Source: Perkinsela sp. CCAP 1560/9
Lineage: Eukaryota > Protista > Euglenozoa: Kinetoplastea
DNA: 64,000 nucleotides
Reading direction: 5' to 3'
Assembly: GCA_965644495.1 (NCBI GenBank)
Contig: CBFFSA010000002.1
Location: forward strand, 124,001 to 188,000
Part shown: positions 45,589-56,100 of the stretch, one piece after another
How the letters are laid out: each line of letters starts with the position of its first letter
Numbering within the stretch: position 1 is the stretch's first letter
Program-made: the position numbers and the translations under genes
Notes under the pieces: generated by a model
What the model was told of the DNA's origin: nothing
Seen by the model: the letters and a program-made list of their open reading frames with translations, nothing else
Databases searched by the model: none

Positions 45589-46710
45589 TACCTAAAAAAT
45601 GATTTTAGTATTCAGTGAATACAGAATTTCACGTATTCACGTATAGTACTCAGTAGTATTTGCGTTTTCACGGGGCTTTCTACTTTTTTTCCACCTCTAT
45701 CGAGAAAAAGCTTTCGAGTCTCCCTAAAACCACGCGAAACCGCGCTGAAGCCGCACCTGCAGCCCCTCTACTGTATACCATGCTGATGATGTAAAGAAAG
45801 AAACACGAAAAAATAAAAATTGTTGTACAACAGTTTGTCAACTACAACCGTGTATGCAACACGATTTTCTAAACTATCAATTGGGTGGAATTTACCCCTT
45901 TTCCCCCAATTGGTTTCGAGAAAAAAGAATAGTTCAAAGTTTTGTCGAGTTCAGCGATTTAACAGTCCCTTTATATTGGTGAGGGGCTGAGGGTCACAGG
46001 TTCGGTGCGAGTTCGGTGATACACACCGACACCCCCTCTGGTATTAACGAAAGAGAGGACACTGACTTATTTACACCAAGCCATTCTGGGGGATAGAAAA
46101 TAGTTCTATTATTGCTCAGTAACGCATTACCAAGGCGACAGTTGTTCGCCTACTACTACTATAGTAACTTTGTGAGGACTCATTAAGCAAGAAATGCACA
46201 TCCAGTGGACTCTACTGGACCCGTCCTCTACCGCATTCTTAATACTTATATTTAGGTAAAGTGCTGCTTATAAAATCTACAAATTTTGTAAATACAAGTA
46301 AGTTAAGTATAAAAGGAGAGTACTGCTTAAGAGTACTGCTTTCTTGTTCCCTTTGGTATTGAAAAATTCGGCTCCAACCCAATGCTGCAACTAGGAGCAC
46401 TTCCTTCCAGTCTTGTAAAACAATTGCCTTGCAAACCCAACGCAGACAGAGTAGAAGGACAATGCCCCACGTTCACGACCCCAGTGAGGTTGTTCTCATC
46501 CAAATAAAGGCTATTCAAAGAATCGGGAAGCCTTGCCAGATTAATTTCCCCCGAAAAACCGTTGCTGTGAAAATAAACATTGCGCGCAGAGTCCGGAAGT
46601 GCCTTAAGATCCAGAGAACCTACAAATAGATTCTGATTAACGGCTAGATAACTCAGTGAGCGGGGAAGTTCTGCAATGGATAATTCTCCTTCTAGACGAT
46701 TCGAGGTAAG

Positions 46711-47300
46711 AAAGTGTTTTATCATGCACTTATAGTGCAGAGATTTGCTCACCATGTCCTTATCCCGCATACGACGGGTGGATCATGTGAGGTTTCGTCC
46801 TCGCCGGAGGTGTGCGGGTGCGGAGAGCTGGCGTCCCAGGTGCAGAAAGCTCGGTTGTCATGTGCAGGTGCAGAGAGCCGGATGCGTAATCCCCATATTA
46901 TAGTTTCGGGGGCAATCCGGGTGCAGAGAGCTGCGACAGAGCCGAGGTACGGAGAGCTGGGCGACCGCCAGGTGCAGAGAGCCGAGTCTCGTCGGCGGAG
47001 GACACGTCTAGTGGTCCTCAAGGGAGGCCACCGTGACGCATGGCCCTCTCGGAGAGGAAAAAGACAAGTCGAAAAAAAGCCGAGAGGGGGAGGCACACTC
47101 ACTCCAGGGGAGTGAGTCGGGGAGGGGTGAAGTGGTGAAAGCGCGTCCCCTGCTTCAGCGACAAGAGGGACAGTTCCGACCTTAGTGCCGGCCGGCAACG
47201 GGCATGAAAATACAGTAAGAGTATGCCCGTTGCCGGGGAAAGAAAGGATGAACAACAAGGTACAGAAACTGTATCTTTATTTATATAAGATCTATCTTAA
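46711..47300 (-). mobile_element. 590-bp structured insertion with SL-like 5' head (boundaries +/-3 nt)
   Basis: Defined by the interrupted LRR frame; several hairpins; six GGT(G/A)C(A/G)GA(G/A)AGC units on the + strand. Confidence 0.75.
47253..47275 (-). other. Kinetoplastid spliced-leader-like motif
   Basis: Minus strand GATACAGTTTCTGTACCTTGTTG versus the conserved SL 3' part GATACAGTTTCTGTACT(A/T)TATTG. Confidence 0.7.
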
Positions 47301-47852
47301 TTTAAGACGCTCTAAAGTCTTAGGCAAGCTATCCCATTCGACGGGACCGTATAAAGCATTATGCCCCAGGTTAAGTATTTCCATCGACTGTGGAAGATCC
47401 CGTGCATGGAAAGTGTCAAAAAATTTGTTTCGCAGAAGAATTAGGATAACTAGTCCATGAGGAAACTCCACAAAAGGAAGAGTTCCGTTCAACTCATTTA
47501 TAGGTGCAGAAAAATCCACTATTGTATGACAAAGAAAAGACCACCGAGGGGTACCTTTAAGATATAGTGATTCCCACTGAATAGCTTTTACTTGGCCTGC
47601 CTCATCACATTTGACACCGACCCAATCGTGAACAGGGGTTTCCGAGTTCCAACTTTCGTGCGTACCCTCAATGTCAGGGACAAATTGAGCAAGGAGAAAT
47701 TCAGGTGGAAGAAGTGCACAAGAAACTTTTCGCGGAGCACGATAAGGCTGTATTTCAGCACAGGAAACGAATCTACACATTATTTTAACAATGTTCATTA
47801 AAAGCCAGCAAGTGTCTGGTGTCTAGTATCCATTTTATGCTAGATTAATATA

Positions 47853-48481
47853 CCGTTACCCCCCCTTACTTAGCCCCCACTTTTTGGTCCAAAACCCGTA
47901 CTTTGTGGTGAAGTCGGGGGTGGTGAAGTAAGGGGGGTGAATAAGTGATTCAAAGTCCGATCAATTTACAGTTCTCTCGGAAATTCTCAAATTATTGAAG
48001 TACACTATGCTATCGACATTGAGCATAATTTCCTTTTCTTGAGTGTTGTAATACCTTATGTTGCATTCTATATTTTACGTTTCTTTTAACTTGTCTATGA
48101 TGTCCCATGCGTTTTTCTCCCATGAAAATTTCTTACATCGTGAAATTTAAATGATGTCGCAGAACATAACCTATTGAACACCAATTTAAATTTTAGAACT
48201 ACAAGGCGCTGTGGCGCAACTTTATGATCAAAGCGATGATGAAACTCACATGGAAGAAAACCGTTCCGAATTAAAAATGGTTCAACGGATCTAAACCATT
48301 CCGGACTGCTCCGATCGGTCACTTACCCCGATGCAACAGTCGGTTGCAGTGCACCCCTCCGGCTGTGTAAAGAGGTGGTAAGTAGTGTGGGGGAAAATCT
48401 GACACCCCCCTTACTTCACCACACGTCCAGTGACTAAATGTGGTGAAGTAAGGGGGGAGGCGAAGTAAAGGGGGGTAACGG
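47853..48481. mobile_element. TA-flanked TIR element (629 bp)
   Basis: TA|CCGTTACCCCCCCTTACTTAGCC ... GGCGAAGTAAAGGGGGGTAACGG|TA; subterminal GTGGTGAAGT units. Confidence 0.85.
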
Positions 48482-48841
48482 TACTGGTAAAACATCAATT
48501 ACAATTTTGGTGCAAAATTGTGATACCCCCGCTCTAAAATACGGTAACATTAAAAATGTATAACACGAAATTTCTTGAGCCCCAATTTTGTGCATATTAA
48601 GGGGGGGCAGGGGGGGGTGCATATTAAAAGGGGGGTCACAGTACAGAAGTAGATAGCAAGCGTGTAGCCAAATGTTGCAAGGACAGAAGTTAGCTGTGTA
48701 AAACTACAAGGCATATAAAGGCATGTATAAAGATATGTCAACAAAATTAGTACCCTTTGTTCCATTTTATTCCACATTCTACATTAAGCATTTTTTTCGA
48801 ATACGCAGGTGGAGGTTCATGTAAACCATACAATAGCTTTA

Positions 48842-49441
48842 TTACGAAATATTTATCACATGCCTCGCTAATGCAATGTTTCTTTTCGATAAATTTCGAG
48901 CACGACCTGTGACACGTTCAACTATTTCTATGACATCTTCGGGCTGCAAAGCAGCGAAAATAAGAGTTGTCCTCATCTCTACGAAGCTCATCGCTGGAGG
49001 GATATCCCCAACGCACTTCTTAAAAATAAGATTCACTCCTGAATGAGCAATATTGTGATCAAGAAGCCGTCCGCATAGCAGATATTCATCAAAACCGTCT
49101 GCTAAAAGTTGAATCAAAGATGCTCCCCATGGCCCTCTCAAAATATTCTTATTTATCCACCCAATTTCTATTTTTGATAAATTCTTCAGCCAAGTATCGA
49201 ATTCCCCCACTTTGCTTACAGTAGAAAAGCTTTGGTCGAGTTCTCTGATCGACTTCGAATTATACTTGTCTGACATGTCGTCACCGAAAAGGGTTTTGTT
49301 TAGAGTGGTCATTTTATTTTTGAAGGATTCTAATGCGGAAGTACAGATGTGTGGATACGCACCGGGCGGAAGATAAGAATCGCAAAAATTTTGCAAATTC
49401 GTCAGGGTTCTCATAAAATCAATTGAGTAAAAGTTACCCAT
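48842..49441 (-). CDS. Hypothetical protein
   Basis: 199-aa ATG ORF on the cluster strand; no motif recognised. Confidence 0.55.
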   Translation of the reverse strand: MGNFYSIDFMRTLTNLQNFCDSYLPPGAYPHICTSALESFKNKMTTLNKTLFGDDMSDKYNSKSIRELDQSFSTVSKVGEFDTWLKNLSKIEIGWINKNILRGPWGASLIQLLADGFDEYLLCGRLLDHNIAHSGVNLIFKKCVGDIPPAMSFVEMRTTLIFAALQPEDVIEIVERVTGRARNLSKRNIALARHVINIS

Positions 49442-49583
49442 TTGTTATCTAATAACAAATCATACCAATATTATGATTTCTAGCCGTCAAAAAAATTCAG
49501 ACCATATCATATAAAATCTTCGGATAAACAACAAAAAGCTCAAATTGAAAATGATTTTATAGCCCGCTTAAAGAAAAAAATAG

Positions 49584-50780
49584 CTATGACATGGGTCTTA
49601 GGCAACGATCGAAGCAAGATTTCACAAAATCATTTGACAAATGCCTTCCAAGAACAAGAACTGAAGATTTAAGATCCTTATTGAGTTCATCATTTAAGTT
49701 ATACTTTTGGGAAGGATTAAAAGATTCACGAAATTCGTATAGTTCCCCAACCGCCTCAAAAATATATTCCTTGCCTTCATTTTCAGAGGATTCAACAAAA
49801 AATAGACCTTTTGCACGAATAACCTCTGGTAACTCGTCGGATTCAGAATCCAGCTCTTGACACTTCGGTTGTTCATCGCGATGCCTTGACCACAGCAGTG
49901 CATTAGCGAATACATCCAGAGCGTTCTTGTTGGGTAAGGGATGAGGAAAAGTGTAGAAAATGTGGGTAATAGAATGCTTGTGTAGTGATTCTTCCTCAGA
50001 CGTGTATACGCCCGGAGTATTCCGTTCGCTTGATAAACCAAAGGATTTCGCTAAACGATTCATGCTGAGCAATTCACGCAGATCACACAGCTTTGCGAAT
50101 GCTGTACATTTGACAAGCGCTGTAGGGTTAATTGCGGAAACCTCCGCCACCCATTCCTCCACCTCATCCTTTTCCACTAAATCTGTCTTGTTAAGCAACA
50201 CCACATCCGCAAGCAAGATTTGCCGCTCCGCCTCCGCCACCGCGTGCCTTCCACGAAGGTAGTCCCGTACCCTGGACAGATCCACGAGGGCGACAACCCC
50301 ATTCAGCCGCAGCCCGGAACCCATCGCGTCGTCTTTCCAAAACATCCCCGCCACGGGTCCCGGATCCGACAGCCCGGAGGCCTCGACGAGGACATGATCA
50401 ATTGGACGGGACGCCACGAGAGCCTCAATCGCCTCCACGGCACGGTCCTTGGCGGTGCAGCACAGGCACCCATTGGGCATCTCCACCCAGTCCTCGTCCT
50501 CCATCTCGGAGGAGGCCACCGAGAGACCTCTCTCAAAGGAGGTGGCCCCGGAGAACTCGTTTAACACGACCGCGATGCGTAGCCCATGGGGGGCGTTGAG
50601 GATGTGATGGAGTAAGGTGGTCTTCCCGGAGCCAAGGAACCCGGTGAGTAGGGTGACGGGGACAACGGCAGGGGTGAGCGTGGGGATCTCGGTGTCCTCG
50701 GTGTCACAAGGAGTGTCGGTCATGTATACAGGGGAGATGGGGAGGGGGGTACGTGGATGTTGGAGGAGAGAAAGATGCAA
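49584..50780 (-). CDS. CobW/COG0523 (ZNG1-like) G3E GTPase metallochaperone
   Basis: TGFLGSGKTT, NEF, NGCLCC, EASG, LNKTD, RAKG. Confidence 0.88.
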   Translation of the reverse strand: MHLSLLQHPRTPLPISPVYMTDTPCDTEDTEIPTLTPAVVPVTLLTGFLGSGKTTLLHHILNAPHGLRIAVVLNEFSGATSFERGLSVASSEMEDEDWVEMPNGCLCCTAKDRAVEAIEALVASRPIDHVLVEASGLSDPGPVAGMFWKDDAMGSGLRLNGVVALVDLSRVRDYLRGRHAVAEAERQILLADVVLLNKTDLVEKDEVEEWVAEVSAINPTALVKCTAFAKLCDLRELLSMNRLAKSFGLSSERNTPGVYTSEEESLHKHSITHIFYTFPHPLPNKNALDVFANALLWSRHRDEQPKCQELDSESDELPEVIRAKGLFFVESSENEGKEYIFEAVGELYEFRESFNPSQKYNLNDELNKDLKSSVLVLGRHLSNDFVKSCFDRCLRPMS

Positions 50781-51431
50781 TTCGGTGCTACAGGAATGAA
50801 AAACAAAGGGACTTAAACCAGTGTTCGGGTTACTGTAATATTCCTGGTAGGAATATTACGAGGTATAGGAATATAAAAAAATAGCGAAAAAGGACAAATT
50901 ATTTTTCGCGACGCTTCGCGGCGCGATATTTACTCTTGTGCCCGTTTTTGTCTGTTTTTGGCTTGTGTGTGCGTTTTTCTTGCCATAACGATGAAAAACT
51001 CATCATGAAAAAATGGAAATGAGGGGCTGCTGGTAGCGAGGTTTTACGAGGTTTCACCGAAGTTTCGCGAGGTTTCATAGAGGGTTTTATCAAGGTTTCG
51101 AGGTTTCACGAGGTGTCACCGAAGTTTCACCGAGCTTTCGCAAAGTTTCATCACACTCAAATGTAAGTGAGGAAATTTATGGATCTCAAGTAGAGACCGG
51201 GATAGTTGTGGAGGAGGGGGGTATTAAACACCATTGGGACACTTAATATTTCTGGTAGGAATACGAGAGGATATAGGAATATTGCGGGTGTTGTTTACAA
51301 CCTCTGCCTCTCCCTTCTTTGTGGTGTCCGGGGTTGGGTGGATCTTGGAGGGCGAGAAAAGGGGGCCCAGTCCCCCTATCTTCGATTTGGGCATAAATCA
51401 CGGTGCTTATAAACGTAGGTCCCGTGACTCG

Positions 51432-51504
51432 AACCCAGGTAGTCCAGTAGGTAAGACCTGCCATTCACAATGTGGTGGTCGAAGGCTCGACTCCCGGTGG
51501 TTAC
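51432..51504 (+). pseudogene. Degenerate tRNA-like sequence (pseudo-tRNA or SINE head)
   Basis: A-box-like TAGTCCAGTAGGTAAGAC, TTCACAA loop, B-box-like GGCTCGACTCC; stems pair poorly. Confidence 0.3.
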
Positions 51505-53169
51505 ATTTTCACCCATACGCGACGTAGTTAGTGGAAAGCAATTTGCGAAGCCCCGTTTACCAACAACCACCGCCTTTTAATGAAGCAGCTACCACACCGA
51601 CATTAATTCCTATCCTCTATTCCTATAGGGTACAGGAATATAATTTTTGAGCTGACCCCCAGTAAGAGATATTTCGCTCGGGAGCCCCACAGGAGGCGTA
51701 TATGGAGTAGGGGGTGGGTGTCTGCATGCCGGGGCCTCGGGGGTAACCCAAATAAGCGTTTTAACACATTTTCAGAAGAAAAAATAGAAACATTTGTATA
51801 GAAACAAGAGAGTTGGGAGAAAAGAGGACCAGTGAACACACCAGCGAACCAAAAGGTATGAAATTGGTACGCGAGAAGAGATGAGAAAAAAGGCAAGCCA
51901 TTTTTTTTATCAAGTAGAAACCTTAAGAAAGAACGGCAACGTGCGTGAATGGTCTATTTTTAATACTGTTGAGTTCTTGCTTTTGGTCAAAAAGGACTTT
52001 TTTCCCCCCAAAAACTTTTAAGTTCGTACTTCCCTTAATAAAATATACGAAACAAGAAAATGTATGAGCTATATCTTGGTCCTGGTTCTGAGCCTGGACA
52101 ATAATTTCAAATTCCTTAAACAGCGGATTACAAGAACTCCTTAATTCACATCGTACGGTACAAGCTTCTATCATCACGTCATCCAAGGTTGCCAACTACA
52201 AAAAGTACAGCCTGTACAAAGAAAAAAGATAGAGCGGAGTCGTGTAAGTAGCAAAAATACGATGCTTAATCACTTGCTTGGATAATATTGAAATTTCTAC
52301 TATGTGTACGATTTTTAGCAGAATTCTCAATACATGCTAAGCAACATGTGAACTTACAGACCGAAAGTGAGTCAAAATAAAAGTATTAATATAATGCAAG
52401 GAAAAGGCAAGTTTAATGGTTGTGTGCGATTCGTATTCCGATTTGTAGTTCCGCATCAGCTAGGTGACATGCTCATACAAGCTTTCAAGAGGCATAAAAC
52501 TTCAATTTTCAATTGTTTCTGCAGCACATGTTTCTTTCTCTTACGTAACGCCAGTTTACAAAGTTTTTGAAGAAGTGAACCATAGAGGCTGATAACATCA
52601 GAGGAAATAAAATTTCCTCTGGAGGCAACAGGGAACATATTGTGGACTAAATAGAGGTCGTTCTAAAAGTTCAAATAAAACACTGCATAAAAATTAATTT
52701 CATAAATTAATTTTCTTTGCAAACACGTTTTGTAGAAATCAATTGAAAGCTAGTGCTATAATGTTGCCAATAATTGAAAAACAAGCATTAAGATTAAGCG
52801 CCAGCTTGATGACGATCAAGTTTAGTATTCTTCTAAGGTGAGACACTCGCTTCAGTTTGCCCGAGTTTCTTATACTTATCTCTATTTACTGTATTACTGT
52901 ACTACATTTAACCGCATTATGAGTCACCCGGTTTGAAGAGAAACAAATAATACATCTTCATCAATAAAAAAGAAAATCAAATCAAAACTTCTCGAGAATA
53001 GATATCGAGACTCTTCGCGGAAGAACATACCCGAATAAAGACATGCCCCCAAAAAAGAAAAACATTCTCAATGAATAGTGTAGCAAAATCCAGAACTAAT
53101 TTGACCAATAACGAATCTAGTGGAATATCACCATGTGGCGAAATAGAACAAACTATTGAGTATGTCGCT

Positions 53170-56100
53170 CTATCTCCTCTTTATCTTCTGAACTCTCTTC
53201 CTTTTCTTAGTTTTGGAAGAGCTTTGCTGCCGTTTCGCTTCGTATGCTTTGCGTTTCAAGCGTTTCTTTTCGATTATTTCTCGACGATGATTTCTCTTTT
53301 GCTGAAGTTCTTCTGGCGATTTCTGCAGCTTGTGCTTCTCTTTTCGCGGAACGTGTTTATTCTGTCCTTGCTTTTCATCGCGCTTTTCAGTATTTCCCAT
53401 AGACAAAGTATTCGGTGTATCTTTATTACTTGCCTTGCGCGTCCCCTTCTTATCATGTTTAACCCGGTGCGATGCTTCTGCACTATGCGACGCTGTGTTC
53501 AATTCGTATTTATCTAATAGAATATCTGCAAGGACGGTCAAGGAAGAAATATTTGAGTATAGTTTAGGAGAAATAGGAAATGCCATATTTTCCAACCATT
53601 GCAAATACTCTTCTGTTAAGGAGACATAAAAAGATCGAAATTCAAGAAGACATCGGCGTAGTGCTGCACAAAGTGTTGGAAGTAAGCTCTGAAGAAGCGG
53701 CACGAGCAAATCTTTTGACTCATTGGAACTAAATGCCTGCTCTGTCAATTTTCTTTGACTTGAGATGGTAGATAATGGCGGCATTAGGAGAGAGAGGATA
53801 GAAACTATATGTGACTCCGACTGACGCCTTAAGTTCTCTTCCATACTAAGCAGGTTTCTGTAGATTTCATTAAAAAAATCTAGAATTCTCGTAGAGCACT
53901 GTAGATCACGTTTGCATAGAGCTCCCTTCTGTAACTGAATCACAGGTGCGGTTGTACAGTTCGAACGCTGCTTCATAAGATCTTCCAAATGATCCCTCAC
54001 TCTTGGAAACACATCCAGTGCAGTGTTCAATGAATTGTTTCGCATAACATTTAAGACGTGGCGCAAAGCGGCTCCCATGCGATCGGAGAATAAAAGTTGA
54101 GTAAAGAATTCACCGAGAATCCGTTTAGCGTGAGCACAAAGATCAGCACGATGCAGAGTGCTAATCAACGAGAGAGCTCCTTCTTTAATCCATGGGTTTC
54201 GAAGAATTGAATTAGCGCGCGACTGAAGAATCCTTGCAGCTTCCGTTGAAAGGCTTTGTACGAAGAAACTACAATTCTTACCCGTTGCGTCCGTTGAACA
54301 CTGGACATTGGGCTTCACTGCGGAAAAAGTAGAAAGAAAATGTCGCAACTCGGACGCCATTGTCTCCTTCAATGATTGATTTCTTACAGTGACCTCGATA
54401 AATCGAAGCCACCTCATGGCTACGATGTATCCAACTTCCTTTACCGGAAATTTAAACAGGATGCCACATAGTTTTGTGCGCCGAATGTTCAGCAGCGTAA
54501 TGTCGGTGCTAGTTTCAGGAACAAGGGCAGACTTTCCATCATTTACACTGACTTCTACATTTTCCTGTGTCAAACTCGTTGATTCGTTTAAACTTACCGT
54601 GCAAGCGTCAACTTGCACATTGGAACCTTTCAAGGTATCCGCCGTGTCTTCTGAATAATGTGATGAGCTAGGAGAAAGCATATGGAGAACTGAGCTGTCG
54701 TTTAATTTTGGGCATAGGAATGTTGAAAAATAAGACTCCAAAGCCTTGTCAAGACAATTCCTCAGGGAATCATTCCACATAATCTTATGTCCACTTTCGT
54801 ACAGCACTGAAAAGGCGGAAAACGTTAGTAAATCTACCGATTCATTGGAACTATTCTTTGGGAATGTCTCAATTATTGTGCACGCTGCTTGAGCAATGTC
54901 AGTGCATTGTAAAATAGATTCATCGTTTACCAAAAAAGTAACGATCAGCAGTTGGGCCAAACCTTGGCAAGAACCAGAAGAATAAAGATTCAACAAGGAA
55001 GAACGTATTTTCGGATGCCGCATTATAGTTGAATTAGGATAAGCGACTTCAGCTTTGTTGGAAACATTTCCTGACCAACGAAAAAATGAATCTAAAAGAT
55101 CAGGAAGGCTCAAATCTAAAGAAGCACAATACATCTGTCGGTGATCCGTCGTACTTTTAAATTTCGAATCAACGTCAGTCGAGGATTGATAGCTCAAAAT
55201 TCGAGAAAGGTGATTCAATAGGCTTGCGCGTTGTTCGGATGTTATGGATGGTGCTATTAGTACGTTGTCCACATCAACGCCAGACTGATTCGTTTGCAAG
55301 ATTATATTCATTAAGAAAAAAGTAGTTGCCACGCTAATGGCGCTGTCTAAATCCGCTTTTCTGTTATGTGGAACTCGCAAGCTTATAGAACGTACTACCT
55401 GGCGAACTACAAAGGCCCGTATTTCTTCGGCAAATGTATTGCAGACTGGTTGTCTAAGTGACATGTGAGACAGAAATTCATTCTCTTGCGTCGATGAATC
55501 ATCGGAATCAATGTCCATATCAATAGAAGGAGATTCACTACAGTCTTCTTTATTGAGGTAGATAGGGTTGGAGGCATCAACATATTGCTCTAAAAGCCGA
55601 GATACGATTTCCCTAAGAGATCCATCGCCTCCATATCCATCTATATCCTGCGCAGGACGCAAAGTTGGTAATCGAGAAAGCTTTGCACCCTTCATAATTT
55701 CACTTAATACGCGGTTTCCCTGATATCCGTTGATTCGTTTAGAAACTTCCTGACAAAGTCTGTTCGAAAAGGTCTGGCGTGCGGCACGTTGAGGAAGACT
55801 TTCATCAGGAAAATTAGAGAAAAACACACGAATAAAGGGTTCTATAATATTCAGAACCTCCTTTTCATCCATCAAGGACACGATCACACAGTGAAAGACG
55901 GGATGAAGATCGGGATATGCCTTCCAAAGCTGGTTTTGTTGCAGGAGGTTACGTGCGAATAATTGCACTTTTTTAGGGTGAAACACATCTAAGCTTTTCG
56001 GCATTAGGTCCTGAGGTATTTCTTTCATAATATGCTCATCCTTCTTTAACCTAGACCGGACAGAAAGATAAATGCATATCGCGTCAGCTCCAATGTTATT

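Larger units (their letters stand above)
46327..47798 (-). pseudogene. Short LRR gene (family member 5) disrupted by a 590-bp insertion
   Basis: The N-half (47292-47798) ends LPKTLERLKL and the C-half resumes LTSNRLEGELSIAEL; removing 590 bp restores LxxLxLxxN. Confidence 0.85.

Noticed and set aside
47253-47291. Bona fide SL RNA gene
   Set aside because: The exon-like part is followed by TTC rather than a GT donor, is single-copy here and sits inside an insertion in a protein gene.
46711-47300. Spliceosomal intron in the LRR gene
   Set aside because: No GT...AG at any frame-restoring boundary on the coding strand.
51432-51504. Functional tRNA-Val(CAC)
   Set aside because: Acceptor, anticodon and T stems pair poorly, and the T-loop reads CTCGA.
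51923-52638. Short minus-strand ORFs as genes
   Set aside because: Short, with no recognisable motifs; could be a decayed gene but this is unsupported.
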